DNA of 64,000 nt from an uncultured SAR86 cluster bacterium (GCA_902535365.1 CACATF010000001.1:241-64240); one strand, 5' to 3'. Positions 22,177-30,656 are shown, counted from the first letter of the stretch. Translations and numbers: made by a program. Notes: a model not told the origin generated them from the letters alone.

Positions 22177-22897
22177 AAAAATATTTATTACTGGCGGAGC
22201 TCAAAGAATTGGTAAAGAGCTGGTTAAGCACTTTCACTCTATAGGCTGGGATATCATATTTCAATACAGATCTTCAAAAGTCGATGCAGAAGAATTAACA
22301 GCAAGATTAAACACTAAAAGACCAGAATCCTGTCTTGCCCTGCAGTGCGATTTTGATAATCAAGAATCTTGTAAAAATTTCTATGAAGAACTTTCTGTTC
22401 AAGCAGAAAATATTCATGCATTGATTAATAATGCATCAACTTTTTACCCAAAGCCCTTAAGCGAATCAACAAAAGAAGATTGGGCAAAATTATTTCCTTC
22501 AAATCTTTACCACCCATTGTTTATTGCACGTGAATTAGCAGATTCTTTAAAAAAGCATAAAGGGCACATAATCAACATGACAGATATACATGCCGAAATT
22601 GGGCTCAAAAATTACAGCATCTACTCAGCAGCAAAAGGTGGCTTGCTTAACTTAACGAAGAGCCTTGCGAAAGAATTAGCTCCTGATGTTCTAGTAAATG
22701 CTATTGCACCGGGTGCTATATTATGGGACGTGAATGAGCCATCAGAAGAAAAGAAACAGCAGATTTTAGCTGATATACCAATGAAGAGAATTGGTTCTGA
22801 TAAAGACATAGTGATGCTTGCTGATTATTTAATTACTAAAAATACCTATATGACAGGTAGAAATATATGTGTTGATGGGGGAAAATCGTTATCATGA
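22169..22897 (+). CDS. SDR family pteridine/dihydromonapterin reductase-like (FolM-like)
   Basis: ITGGAQRIGKEL, NNAS, YSAAKGGL, VNAIAPG. Overall resemblance to E. coli FolM. Confidence 0.7.
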   Translation: MSKKIFITGGAQRIGKELVKHFHSIGWDIIFQYRSSKVDAEELTARLNTKRPESCLALQCDFDNQESCKNFYEELSVQAENIHALINNASTFYPKPLSESTKEDWAKLFPSNLYHPLFIARELADSLKKHKGHIINMTDIHAEIGLKNYSIYSAAKGGLLNLTKSLAKELAPDVLVNAIAPGAILWDVNEPSEEKKQQILADIPMKRIGSDKDIVMLADYLITKNTYMTGRNICVDGGKSLS

Positions 22898-23178
22898 ATG
22901 AGCAACGAGTAGAGATAGAGATTCATGGGAAAAAATTCGAGTTTATGATCCCATACAACGAATACATTCCAACGAAAAAAGCTGAAAAAAGAATTCACGA
23001 ACTAATCTCACAAATTGATTTTAAGAAAGATCAAGTTGACCACGCCCTTGTGTATGCTGCTATCAAACTAGCAGTTCAAAATGATAGCGTCCTTTCAAAG
23101 AATACTGAGCAGACTAAAGAATCAGAGAATGAGATTGAAGAAATTTCTGACAAGATCCAAATCTTTTTAAATCAATAA
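22894..23178 (+). CDS. zapA: cell division protein ZapA
   Basis: VEIEIHGKKFEFMIP and ALVYAAIKLA resemble E. coli ZapA. The conserved zapA-ssrS-ygfA arrangement is present. Confidence 0.72.
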   Translation: MNEQRVEIEIHGKKFEFMIPYNEYIPTKKAEKRIHELISQIDFKKDQVDHALVYAAIKLAVQNDSVLSKNTEQTKESENEIEEISDKIQIFLNQ

Positions 23179-23212
23179 TTTCTCTGATATAAAAAATAAG
23201 TTATATTAAAAT

Positions 23213-23377
23213 TGTCTGAATCATAGGTTTTCAGAAATTACTCTAGAACCGATAATATGAGAATAGGGAAGCAGATTTTAGTGAGCTGTGCGTTACTTTT
23301 TAAGGAAGCCTTACTTATTAAATGAGCTACCCACCTGACCTGAGGGTTCAGGGTAACTGAGAGCAATGATTCAGATG
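23213..23377 (+). ncRNA. ssrS: 6S RNA (ends approximate)
   Basis: It lies between zapA and the 5-FCL gene. Blocks shared with E. coli 6S are CCGAUA, GAAGCCUUA and CACCUGACCUGAGGGUUCAGGGUAAC (E. coli CACCUUGAACCAAGGGUUCAAGGGUUAC). A perfect 10-bp closing helix forms between 23215-23224 and 23366-23375. Confidence 0.8.
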
Positions 23378-23911
23378 TCTAAATCTTTAATCAGAACAAA
23401 AATGAGGCAAAAAAGAAAATCCTTGCCTGAATCAATTATCCTAGAAAATTCAAAATCTATTCAGAATTACATTAATAACAAAATTAATTTAGTAAGCCCT
23501 TGCAAAATTGGATACTTTTCGCCTTTTGAAAATGAACCAATTATTTCCTTTGACTCTAAACATCAAATCTATCTTCCTAAGATTGAAGACAAAGTATTAG
23601 AATTTTACGAAGAGAGCCCAAAAATGCAGAAAAATAAATATGGTATAGATGAGCCAAGCAATAGCAATAAAATTGACTTAGCAAAGCTCGATATAATCTT
23701 AGTTCCCTTCTTGGCATTTAATAAAAATCTCTATCGAGTAGGTTTTGGCGGTGGGTTTTATGATAAAACTCTATGTAGGTTAAGTAATTTGACTAAACGC
23801 CCAAAAATTTGGGGTGTTGGTTTTAGCTTTCAACTAACAAAAGAGAATTTTCAAGAGAATCTTGATGTAAGATTAGATAAGATCATAACTGAACAACATA
23901 TTTATGAATGA
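23366..23911 (+). CDS. ygfA: 5-formyltetrahydrofolate cyclo-ligase
   Basis: MRQKRKSL, YLPK, ILVPFLAFNKNLYRVGFGGGFYDKTL. Downstream of 6S RNA, as in E. coli. The start may be the ATG at 23375. Confidence 0.88.
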   Translation: MIQMSKSLIRTKMRQKRKSLPESIILENSKSIQNYINNKINLVSPCKIGYFSPFENEPIISFDSKHQIYLPKIEDKVLEFYEESPKMQKNKYGIDEPSNSNKIDLAKLDIILVPFLAFNKNLYRVGFGGGFYDKTLCRLSNLTKRPKIWGVGFSFQLTKENFQENLDVRLDKIITEQHIYE

Positions 23912-24560
23912 AAAAACTAATGCTGCGTTTGGGGCCTATGAAATTATAAAAAACTCAGCAAATATCAATCTTGGTATAGGCACGGGCAGTACTACCAATG
24001 CATTTATTGAAAATAATCTAAATCAGATTAAGGATCATATTAATATGGTGTTTTCAAGTTCTGAAAAAAGCACTGCTCTGATGCGTAAGTATGGTTTTAA
24101 AGTAGAAGATGGAACACCAGATTTTAAATTAGATTTTTATGTTGATGGTGCAGATGAATTTGACCAAAACAATTGTCTCATAAAAGGTGGTGGTGGAGCC
24201 CATACAAAGGAAAAGGTCTTAGCTTCTTCATCTAAATGTTTCATATGTATTGCTGATTCAACAAAAAGAGTTCAGCAACTTGGAGCATTTCCACTTCCTA
24301 TAGAGGTAATACCTTTTGCAAAAGATTCTGTACTTCATGCTCTTGGGGAGTACTCTGAGAATATTATTCAAAGAGATTTTATCACTGACAGTGGAAACAT
24401 TATCTTAGATCTACATGGGGTTGATCTAAGATCGCCTAAAGAAATTGAAACGAAACTCAATCTTATCCCCGGCGTTGTAGATAACGGTATTTTTGCACAT
24501 CACGTGCCTCGTTATATTGTTGTAGGTAACTCAGAAGGCTATGAGTTGATTGAATCTTGA
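23904..24560 (+). CDS. rpiA: ribose-5-phosphate isomerase A
   Basis: LGIGTGSTT, VDGADEFD, KGGGGAHTKEK, PGVVDNGIF. Confidence 0.93.
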   Translation: MNEKTNAAFGAYEIIKNSANINLGIGTGSTTNAFIENNLNQIKDHINMVFSSSEKSTALMRKYGFKVEDGTPDFKLDFYVDGADEFDQNNCLIKGGGGAHTKEKVLASSSKCFICIADSTKRVQQLGAFPLPIEVIPFAKDSVLHALGEYSENIIQRDFITDSGNIILDLHGVDLRSPKEIETKLNLIPGVVDNGIFAHHVPRYIVVGNSEGYELIES

Positions 24561-25069
24561 ATTGCGCCCACTACCCTTTCATCTAGTGGATCAATTTTGT
24601 GAGAAAAACTTTTAATTTCTCCATCTTTAGTAATTAAAAATTTGTGAAAGTTCCATTTTGGTCTATCGTCTGTCATTTCAAATAACTTCTTATAGAAAGG
24701 GTTTTTTGTTCTATTCCCAACATCTGCTATTGAAAACATCGGAAATGAAACATCAAATGTTGATTTACAGAATTCCTCTACCTGCTCTTCATCACGATAT
24801 TCTTGATTAAGAAAGTTTCTTGATGGAAATGCAAGAACAGTAAAATCATTTTCTTTGAACCTTCTTTGTAGTGTCTCTAGTTGCTCATATTGATAGGTAA
24901 ACCCACACTTACTTGCTGTATTAACTACTAAAATAGTTTTGTCCTCAAATTCACAAAGGTTTTTGTATTCTTTCTTGTTGAGAATCTTTACGTCAGTGTC
25001 CAATAGCCCCTGACAAGAATATGCAGATCCACAAACGAAAAATAAAAGTGTGATTAAAAAATGTTTCAT
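24539..25069 (-). CDS. glutathione peroxidase (Cys-type, secreted)
   Basis: Signal peptide. VVNTASKCGFTYQYEQLE, LAFPSRNFLNQE, WNFHKFLI. Confidence 0.9.
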   Translation of the reverse strand: MKHFLITLLFFVCGSAYSCQGLLDTDVKILNKKEYKNLCEFEDKTILVVNTASKCGFTYQYEQLETLQRRFKENDFTVLAFPSRNFLNQEYRDEEQVEEFCKSTFDVSFPMFSIADVGNRTKNPFYKKLFEMTDDRPKWNFHKFLITKDGEIKSFSHKIDPLDERVVGAIQDSINS

Positions 25070-25191
25070 GTGCGCCCAACAATTATAGATAGCTTTTAGA
25101 TATTTGAAATACCTATGATTAAAATCATAAAAATTGTGAATAAAATTGCAAGTTCAAAATTATCTGAAAATTTTTCCATATTAACTATCTC

Positions 25192-25220
25192 AAAAAGTTG
25201 CTGGGGCCGAAGCCCCGGCA
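25192..25220 (-). terminator. rho-independent terminator (minus strand)
   Basis: Minus-strand UGCCGGGGC-UUCG-GCCCCAGCA followed by ACUUUUU. It lies downstream of the ldt stop. Confidence 0.7.
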
Positions 25221-25252
25221 TGTCAGTCATGGGGGAGAGGAGAGACTGACTC
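25192..25252 (-). ncRNA. candidate ~61-nt sRNA (two hairpins, C/U-rich loop)
   Basis: A promoter-like TTGATA-N16-TATTAT sits immediately upstream. It is followed by GUCAGUC-(UCUCCUCUCCCCCAU)-GACUGAC and then the terminator hairpin. There is no experimental or homology support. Confidence 0.35.
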
Positions 25253-25259
25253 AATACAT

Positions 25260-25287
25260 ATAATAGATAGTTATTTTATAATATCAA
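25260..25287 (-). promoter_or_regulatory. sigma70-like promoter (TTGATA-N16-TATTAT) reading into the hairpin pair
   Basis: Hexamers at 25287-25282 and 25265-25260 on the minus strand. AT-rich background makes chance matches likely. Confidence 0.35.
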
Positions 25288-25333
25288 TAGTTTTTATAAA
25301 TAAATGGTATTTATTTTATGAAATAATCACTGT

Positions 25334-25861
25334 TTATTTAATGATTACTTTGGTGTTTTCTTCAACAATATCAAAAAGCTCAATAACATCTTTATTTGAC
25401 ATTCTTATGCAGCCCTTTGATGCTTTGGTTCCTAAAAGCCATTCTTCCGGAGTACCATGAATATAGATATATCTCTCAAAAGAATCGACACCCTTCCCTT
25501 TGTTTTTTCCTTCTTCTAAACCTGAAAGCCATAGAATTCTAGTTTGAACAACATCATCGTCGACATATACTTCATCCTTTTCATATATTGGATAAATTTC
25601 GCCGTAGAATACTCTACCCTCAAACCGGCCGCCAAGCTCAACACCATCTCCAATCTTCTTTTTTATAAAATGTTCTCCTAGAGGTGTTTTGAAGGATCCT
25701 TCTGCTGATCCTTCTCCATATGAAGACGAAGAAATTACGTAAGTCTTAACAATTTTTTCATCATCAACTACTTTAAGCTCTTGCTTATCAATTGAAATCT
25801 GTATTTCCATCCCTGCGATCATATTGGCCAAGAAATAAAATAAAACAAGCTTAATTTTCAT
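25334..25861 (-). CDS. L,D-transpeptidase (YkuD domain)
   Basis: C-terminal catalytic motif IHGTPEEWLLGTKASKGCIRMSNKDV. Confidence 0.88.
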   Translation of the reverse strand: MKIKLVLFYFLANMIAGMEIQISIDKQELKVVDDEKIVKTYVISSSSYGEGSAEGSFKTPLGEHFIKKKIGDGVELGGRFEGRVFYGEIYPIYEKDEVYVDDDVVQTRILWLSGLEEGKNKGKGVDSFERYIYIHGTPEEWLLGTKASKGCIRMSNKDVIELFDIVEENTKVIIK

Positions 25862-27068
25862 TGTTACCCCTAAAAATATAACCCATTAAACATGCAAGCA
25901 ATGAGAATATTAGTATTGGCCAGTCTCCGATTTTAAGATAAATAGTATCATCTGTATTCGTTTTAATTGTATGTGTAATAGATCCATACTCTTTTCTATT
26001 TAGCAACTTTGATGACTGTTCATTCTGTGGACTGATTATTTGAGAAAGGCCATCTGTTGTTGATCTTACTACCCATTTATTTGATTCTACAGATCTTGCT
26101 CTAGCGTGTTTTAGGTGTTGAGCAGGCATAGAAGAGCCATACCAACTATCATTGCTCACATGAATAATAAATTCTGTCCCTTTAGCTCTTTCAATGAAAG
26201 TGTTATTAAATACGAGCTCCCAACATACAAGGCCTGACCAATTTAATTTATCCTGCACAAAAGCTCCTCGTGAAATACGGGAATTAGGGATATTAAAGAA
26301 ACTATTTATCCCAATTAATAGATCACCAAATGGTTGAAACTCACCAAATGGCACAAGATTATGCTTGTTATATCCTTCTCCATTGCTTGCATCTATAACA
26401 GCCGTAAATGTTTTGCTTTCCTCTCTCCTAAAAAACCCGCCAATTATCCTTTTATCCGTGCTGAATGCATTGCCTGAATACCATGCTGATGCTTCAGGCC
26501 ATACAACAATATTTGAATCTGCTTTATTTGTAAGCTCGATTAAACCGTCTAAACCTAAATTTGCAGGCTGTACTACAGTAACTGTTAAATCTGAGTTCTC
26601 TTCACTAATTTTTTGATAATGTCCTGGACCAAATAATAACAACCCAGTAAATAAAATTGGAACCACTGTTTTTACATAAATATTTTTTTCTAAAATGGCA
26701 CAAATTATTAGTAGCATCACAAAGGAAGTTCCTGAAACACCAACTATTGGCAATAACCCCCATAAGCTTTCAAAGATTATTCCTAAGTTGAGCCATGGAA
26801 ATCCAGAAATCATCCATGATTTAACCCATTCCAATAGAAAAAAGGATGAAGGTATGAGGAACAGTCGATATTTATGATCTTTGAAGAAATGAACTGCCAT
26901 ACCGAAAAGGCCGAAATAAAGTGACAGATAAGCAATAAGTAGAAATGTTAATAAAGAGCTGAGGAAAGTACCTGCACCATAAAAATTAATTGCATCATAT
27001 ATCCATAGAATAGAGAAGGACCAAAACAGAAAACCAAATAAAAAGCCTAATCTAAAGAATTTAATCAA
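25851..27068 (-). CDS. lnt: apolipoprotein N-acyltransferase (short N-terminus)
   Basis: Nitrilase-fold triad contexts: IVVWPEAS (E), NKHNLVPFGE (K), GLVCWELVF (C). Multi-TM N-terminus. It is the last conserved member of the miaB-ybeZ-ybeY-corC-lnt cluster. Confidence 0.88.
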   Translation of the reverse strand: MIKFFRLGFLFGFLFWSFSILWIYDAINFYGAGTFLSSLLTFLLIAYLSLYFGLFGMAVHFFKDHKYRLFLIPSSFFLLEWVKSWMISGFPWLNLGIIFESLWGLLPIVGVSGTSFVMLLIICAILEKNIYVKTVVPILFTGLLLFGPGHYQKISEENSDLTVTVVQPANLGLDGLIELTNKADSNIVVWPEASAWYSGNAFSTDKRIIGGFFRREESKTFTAVIDASNGEGYNKHNLVPFGEFQPFGDLLIGINSFFNIPNSRISRGAFVQDKLNWSGLVCWELVFNNTFIERAKGTEFIIHVSNDSWYGSSMPAQHLKHARARSVESNKWVVRSTTDGLSQIISPQNEQSSKLLNRKEYGSITHTIKTNTDDTIYLKIGDWPILIFSLLACLMGYIFRGNNEN

Positions 27069-27855
27069 TTTTTCTTACAGTTATTTTTTTTATTTTTCTT
27101 TGATCGGCAGAAGTAACTATGAGTTCTAAATTTTCTACCTGAATGCTTTCCCCTACTTTGGGCAGATGTCCAAATTCTTTCAGAATAAAACCTCCCAAAC
27201 TTTCAACTTCTGGGCAATTAAGGCCAATTTCAAAGAATTCCTCAAATTTTTCTTTTTCAATTACAGATGAGACGATATATTCTGAATCATTTATTTTAAT
27301 AACTTCATCATTTTTTTCTTCATAGAACTCATCCTCAATCTCTCCCACAATTTCTTCCAATATATCTTCAATAGTTATAAGTCCAGATATCATCCCGTAT
27401 TCGTCTATAACAATCGCCAGATGAGCTCTATCTTTTTTAAAGTCTTCTAAGAGAGAAGTTACGGATTGGGTTTCGGGTACAAATTTTGCAGGCCTTAAAA
27501 GATCAGATAGCGAAAAACTTTCGGAAGCATTAAGATCGATCAAATCTTTAACGTGAAGTATACCTATCACTTCGTCTTTATTTTGATTAAATACTGGGTA
27601 ACGTGAGTGTCTTGAATCTTTCACAGTCTCATGAATTTGTGCAGCACTATCATCTTCGGTTATTGAAGATATATTTACACTTGGAATCATAATTTCCTTA
27701 ACTTTTGCCCCTTTAATCTTAAGAACATTTTGAATCAGCTCATTAATCTGCTCATCAGCAGGCTGTTGAGTGCTTGTCTGCTCTGAAGATTGGCTATCAG
27801 CTTTAAAAAGATTTTTTAGTTTTGAAAAAAACGATTCAGATGGTTCTTCAGGCAT
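27061..27855 (-). CDS. corC: CBS-domain Mg/Co efflux-associated protein CorC (YbeX)
   Basis: CBS pair (VKEIMIPSVNI..., AIVIDEYGMISGLITIEDILEEIVGEI) plus a CorC_HlyC C-terminal domain. Confidence 0.9.
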   Translation of the reverse strand: MPEEPSESFFSKLKNLFKADSQSSEQTSTQQPADEQINELIQNVLKIKGAKVKEIMIPSVNISSITEDDSAAQIHETVKDSRHSRYPVFNQNKDEVIGILHVKDLIDLNASESFSLSDLLRPAKFVPETQSVTSLLEDFKKDRAHLAIVIDEYGMISGLITIEDILEEIVGEIEDEFYEEKNDEVIKINDSEYIVSSVIEKEKFEEFFEIGLNCPEVESLGGFILKEFGHLPKVGESIQVENLELIVTSADQRKIKKITVRKID

Positions 27856-28313
27856 TATTTATATGGATCAGATATTCCAATTTTAGATAAAAATTTAATT
27901 TCTTCACTTTCCATTAATATAGCATCATTTTCTTTGTCATGCTCATAACCAAGCAAGTGCAAAAGTGAGTGTATCAATAAATGCTTAAAGTGATTAGTAA
28001 TATTCTTTGATGATTCTTTTGCTTCGTTATTTAGAACTTCATAGCAGATTATAACTTCACCACAACAAGCACTCTGAATGCCGATAGAACTTTCAGCAGG
28101 GAAAGACAAAACATTTGTTTCAGAATCCTTTTTTCTGAATTTATAATTTAAATCTTTTATTTGTTCAGCGGTACAGAAACTTACCTCAACATCAATTTTT
28201 TCAACAGAAAAATAAGCAATGAACTCATCAATATCGTTCGATATGTTTAACAAAATTTGATTATTTGGTGGATTATAAAAAACTACTTTTCCAGAGTTAG
28301 TTGAAATTATCAT
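27855..28313 (-). CDS. ybeY: rRNA maturation endoribonuclease YbeY
   Basis: TNVLSFP and the zinc motif HSLLHLLGYEHD. ATG at 28313 (the track start at 28322 is TTG). Confidence 0.92.
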   Translation of the reverse strand: MIISTNSGKVVFYNPPNNQILLNISNDIDEFIAYFSVEKIDVEVSFCTAEQIKDLNYKFRKKDSETNVLSFPAESSIGIQSACCGEVIICYEVLNNEAKESSKNITNHFKHLLIHSLLHLLGYEHDKENDAILMESEEIKFLSKIGISDPYK

Positions 28314-29241
28314 ATGCCTCAACTATTTCCTGAACTAAAGAGTGACGTACAACATCACGTGCACTAAATTTAGTGAATTTGATTGAATCCACATCTTTCA
28401 AAACTTCAATTGCATGCTTTAATCCAGAAGTTGTACTCTTTGGTAAATCAATTTGACTTAAATCGCCATTAACTACAGCTTTAGAACCAAACCCCAATCT
28501 AGTAAGAAACATTTTCATTTGCTCTATGGTTGTGTTTTGACCTTCATCCATAATAATAAAGGCCTCGCGTAATGTTCTCCCTCTCATATATGCCAAAGGT
28601 GCTATTTCAATAATATCTCGCTCTACCAATCGATTAACTCTTTCAGCTCCTAACATGTCATGAAGGGCATCATAGAGTGGTCTCAAATAAGGATCGATCT
28701 TGGAACTTAAATCTCCAGGAAGAAACCCAAGTTTTTCACCAGCTTCTACTGCAGGTCTAACAAGCACAATTTTTCTTATTTTTTCTTGCATTAAATCATC
28801 GACAGCACAAGCAACTGCTAAAAATGTTTTACCTGTACCTGATGGCCCTATCCCAAAAGTGAGATCGCTATTTTTTATATTGCTAAGATAATCATTCTGT
28901 TTTTTGCCCCTCCCGGAAACAACCACACGTGGTGTCTTGATCTGTGGGGTTTTTTTAGAGGAAACTTCTTCTCCATTAAATTTGGCAGAATGTAGGCTTA
29001 GGTGGACTAGATCTGGTGTTATTACAGCATTACTATCAAGCTTTTGCTTTAGATCAAAAAGGGCTGAGACTCCAATCTGAACATCATCTTCTTTTCCTGA
29101 TAGATCAAATTCAGTTCCATTTTGTAGAATCTTAATTTTGAGAGCTTTCTCAATTTGCTTTAAATTTTTATTAAATTCGCCACACAAAAGGATTAGCCTT
29201 TCCGGAGGCATATTTGAAAAGTTTAAGTGATGGTTATACAA
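28297..29241 (-). CDS. ybeZ: PhoH-like ATPase (YbeZ)
   Basis: Walker A GPSGTGKTFLA, DEGQN, LTRLGFGSK. A TTG start at 29241 gives an N-terminus of E. coli-like length. An alternative ATG is at 29211. Confidence 0.92.
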   Translation of the reverse strand: MYNHHLNFSNMPPERLILLCGEFNKNLKQIEKALKIKILQNGTEFDLSGKEDDVQIGVSALFDLKQKLDSNAVITPDLVHLSLHSAKFNGEEVSSKKTPQIKTPRVVVSGRGKKQNDYLSNIKNSDLTFGIGPSGTGKTFLAVACAVDDLMQEKIRKIVLVRPAVEAGEKLGFLPGDLSSKIDPYLRPLYDALHDMLGAERVNRLVERDIIEIAPLAYMRGRTLREAFIIMDEGQNTTIEQMKMFLTRLGFGSKAVVNGDLSQIDLPKSTTSGLKHAIEVLKDVDSIKFTKFSARDVVRHSLVQEIVEAYDNFN

Positions 29242-29246
29242 ATGCT

Positions 29247-30566
29247 TTAAGTCTGCAAACTTCCTCGGAGTGAGTTAGGTAATACTTCATCTATTCGAAT
29301 ATTAACTAATTGTCCAACCAAATCAATAGAGTTGGATTCAAAATTTACAACCCTGTTACATTCAGTTCTTGCCTGAAGCTGATTGTCATGCTTTTTTGCC
29401 TTGCCTATGACCATACAATTTTGAACAGTACCACCAAGCTCGACGCTTCGCTCTTTTGAATATTGATTTAATAGATCTTGTAATTCTTTAAGTCTGTCTT
29501 GTTTCTCAGTTTTTGAGACTTCATCCTTCATTTTTGCTGCTGGTGTTCCTGGTCTTGGGCTGAAAATAAATGAATAAGACTTATCAAACTTAACCTCTTC
29601 CACTAGCTCTAAGGTTTCCTGAAAATCTTGTTTGGTCTCGCCTGGAAATCCAACTATAAAATCTGATGAAATTGGAATGTTTGATCGTATTTTTCTGATA
29701 TCTGATACGATCTTTAAATAGCTTTCTTTTGTATAGTCTCTCTTCATGTTGGTTAAAATTTTATTAGACCCAGATTGAACAGGAAGATGAAAGTGATTAA
29801 CAAGCTTAGGAACTGCTCTGAAACAATCAAATAGATTTTGATCAACATCATTTGGATGAGAGGTTGTAAATCTGATGCGTTTGATCTGTTCAAATTCAGA
29901 AATAATCTGAATTAGATCACCAAGCCTTATTTGTCTACCTTCCCAAACAGCAGTATATGCATTTACATTTTGTCCTAATAAGATAATTTCTGTTGCTCCA
30001 TTTTTTATTAAATTTACAAGCTCTAATAGGATGCTATCTAATGTTCGGCTTACTTCTTCACCACGTGTATATGGAACAACACAATAAGTACAATATTTTG
30101 AGCATCCTTCCATGATTGATAGCGGCGCGGAGTTTTGGGTGCGCATTGTGTCAGGCAGATGATCAAATTTTTTGATCTCATCAAATGTAGTTTCCACTAC
30201 TGGAATTTTTGAGGATTTCTCCAATAGATCATTTGTTTTATGAAGATCTTGAGGACCAAAAATAACATTTACATACGGAGCTCTTTTGAAGATATTTTTT
30301 CCCTCTTGTGCAGCAACACAACCAGCAACTCCTATTTTTAAGTCTTTGTTTTTCTCTTTAAACTTTCTTATTCGGCCTAACTCATGGAATACCTTTTCTT
30401 CAGCTTTCTCTCTGATAGAGCATGTGTTCAGAATTACGATGTCAGCATCGGCGGGCTTATCTATTAATTCAATTTTTTCCTTTGACTGAAGTACATCAAT
30501 TATTTTGCCCGAGTCATACTCGTTCATTTGGCAACCATATGTTTTTATATAAAGCTTTTTAGACAT
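29247..30566 (-). CDS. miaB: tRNA-2-methylthio-N6-dimethylallyladenosine synthase
   Basis: YIKTYGCQMNEYDS, radical-SAM CSKYCTYCVVP, TRAM C-terminus. Confidence 0.95.
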   Translation of the reverse strand: MSKKLYIKTYGCQMNEYDSGKIIDVLQSKEKIELIDKPADADIVILNTCSIREKAEEKVFHELGRIRKFKEKNKDLKIGVAGCVAAQEGKNIFKRAPYVNVIFGPQDLHKTNDLLEKSSKIPVVETTFDEIKKFDHLPDTMRTQNSAPLSIMEGCSKYCTYCVVPYTRGEEVSRTLDSILLELVNLIKNGATEIILLGQNVNAYTAVWEGRQIRLGDLIQIISEFEQIKRIRFTTSHPNDVDQNLFDCFRAVPKLVNHFHLPVQSGSNKILTNMKRDYTKESYLKIVSDIRKIRSNIPISSDFIVGFPGETKQDFQETLELVEEVKFDKSYSFIFSPRPGTPAAKMKDEVSKTEKQDRLKELQDLLNQYSKERSVELGGTVQNCMVIGKAKKHDNQLQARTECNRVVNFESNSIDLVGQLVNIRIDEVLPNSLRGSLQT

Positions 30567-30656
30567 TTTCTATATTATATTATCTCAGCACCAATTTACG
30601 TTGAAAAATTTTAACCAACTTCATAAGTTTGTAACAAAAAAATTTTAGGATTAAGT

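Noticed and set aside
23178-23212. ATTTCTCTGATAT at 23178, directly after the zapA stop, as the mature 5' end of 6S RNA (11/13 identical to the E. coli 6S 5' end).
   Set aside because: I found no convincing 3' partner for it. Measuring from the conserved CCGAUA block, an E. coli-like 5' arm length points to about 23210, where a perfect 10-bp closing helix exists. It may belong to a precursor leader. The boundaries remain uncertain.
24539-25069. Possible selenocysteine (in-frame TGA) in the glutathione peroxidase.
   Set aside because: The active-site residue is an ordinary Cys codon (NTASKCGFT), and the ORF has no internal stop.
25115-25249. 44-codon plus-strand ORF (MIKIIKIVNK...CWGRSPGMSVMGERRD) running through the GC-rich hairpins.
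   Set aside because: It has no SD. Its 3' half is simply the translation of the two hairpins. The A-run/T-run polarity of the terminator indicates the functional strand is minus.
30601-30640. Possible Pho box upstream of phoD (TTAACCAACTTCATAAGTTTGTAACA).
   Set aside because: It matches the CTGTCAT-N4-CTGTCAT consensus only weakly, with TAAC(C/A)A repeats 20 bp apart. This cannot be distinguished from chance in AT-rich DNA without comparative data.
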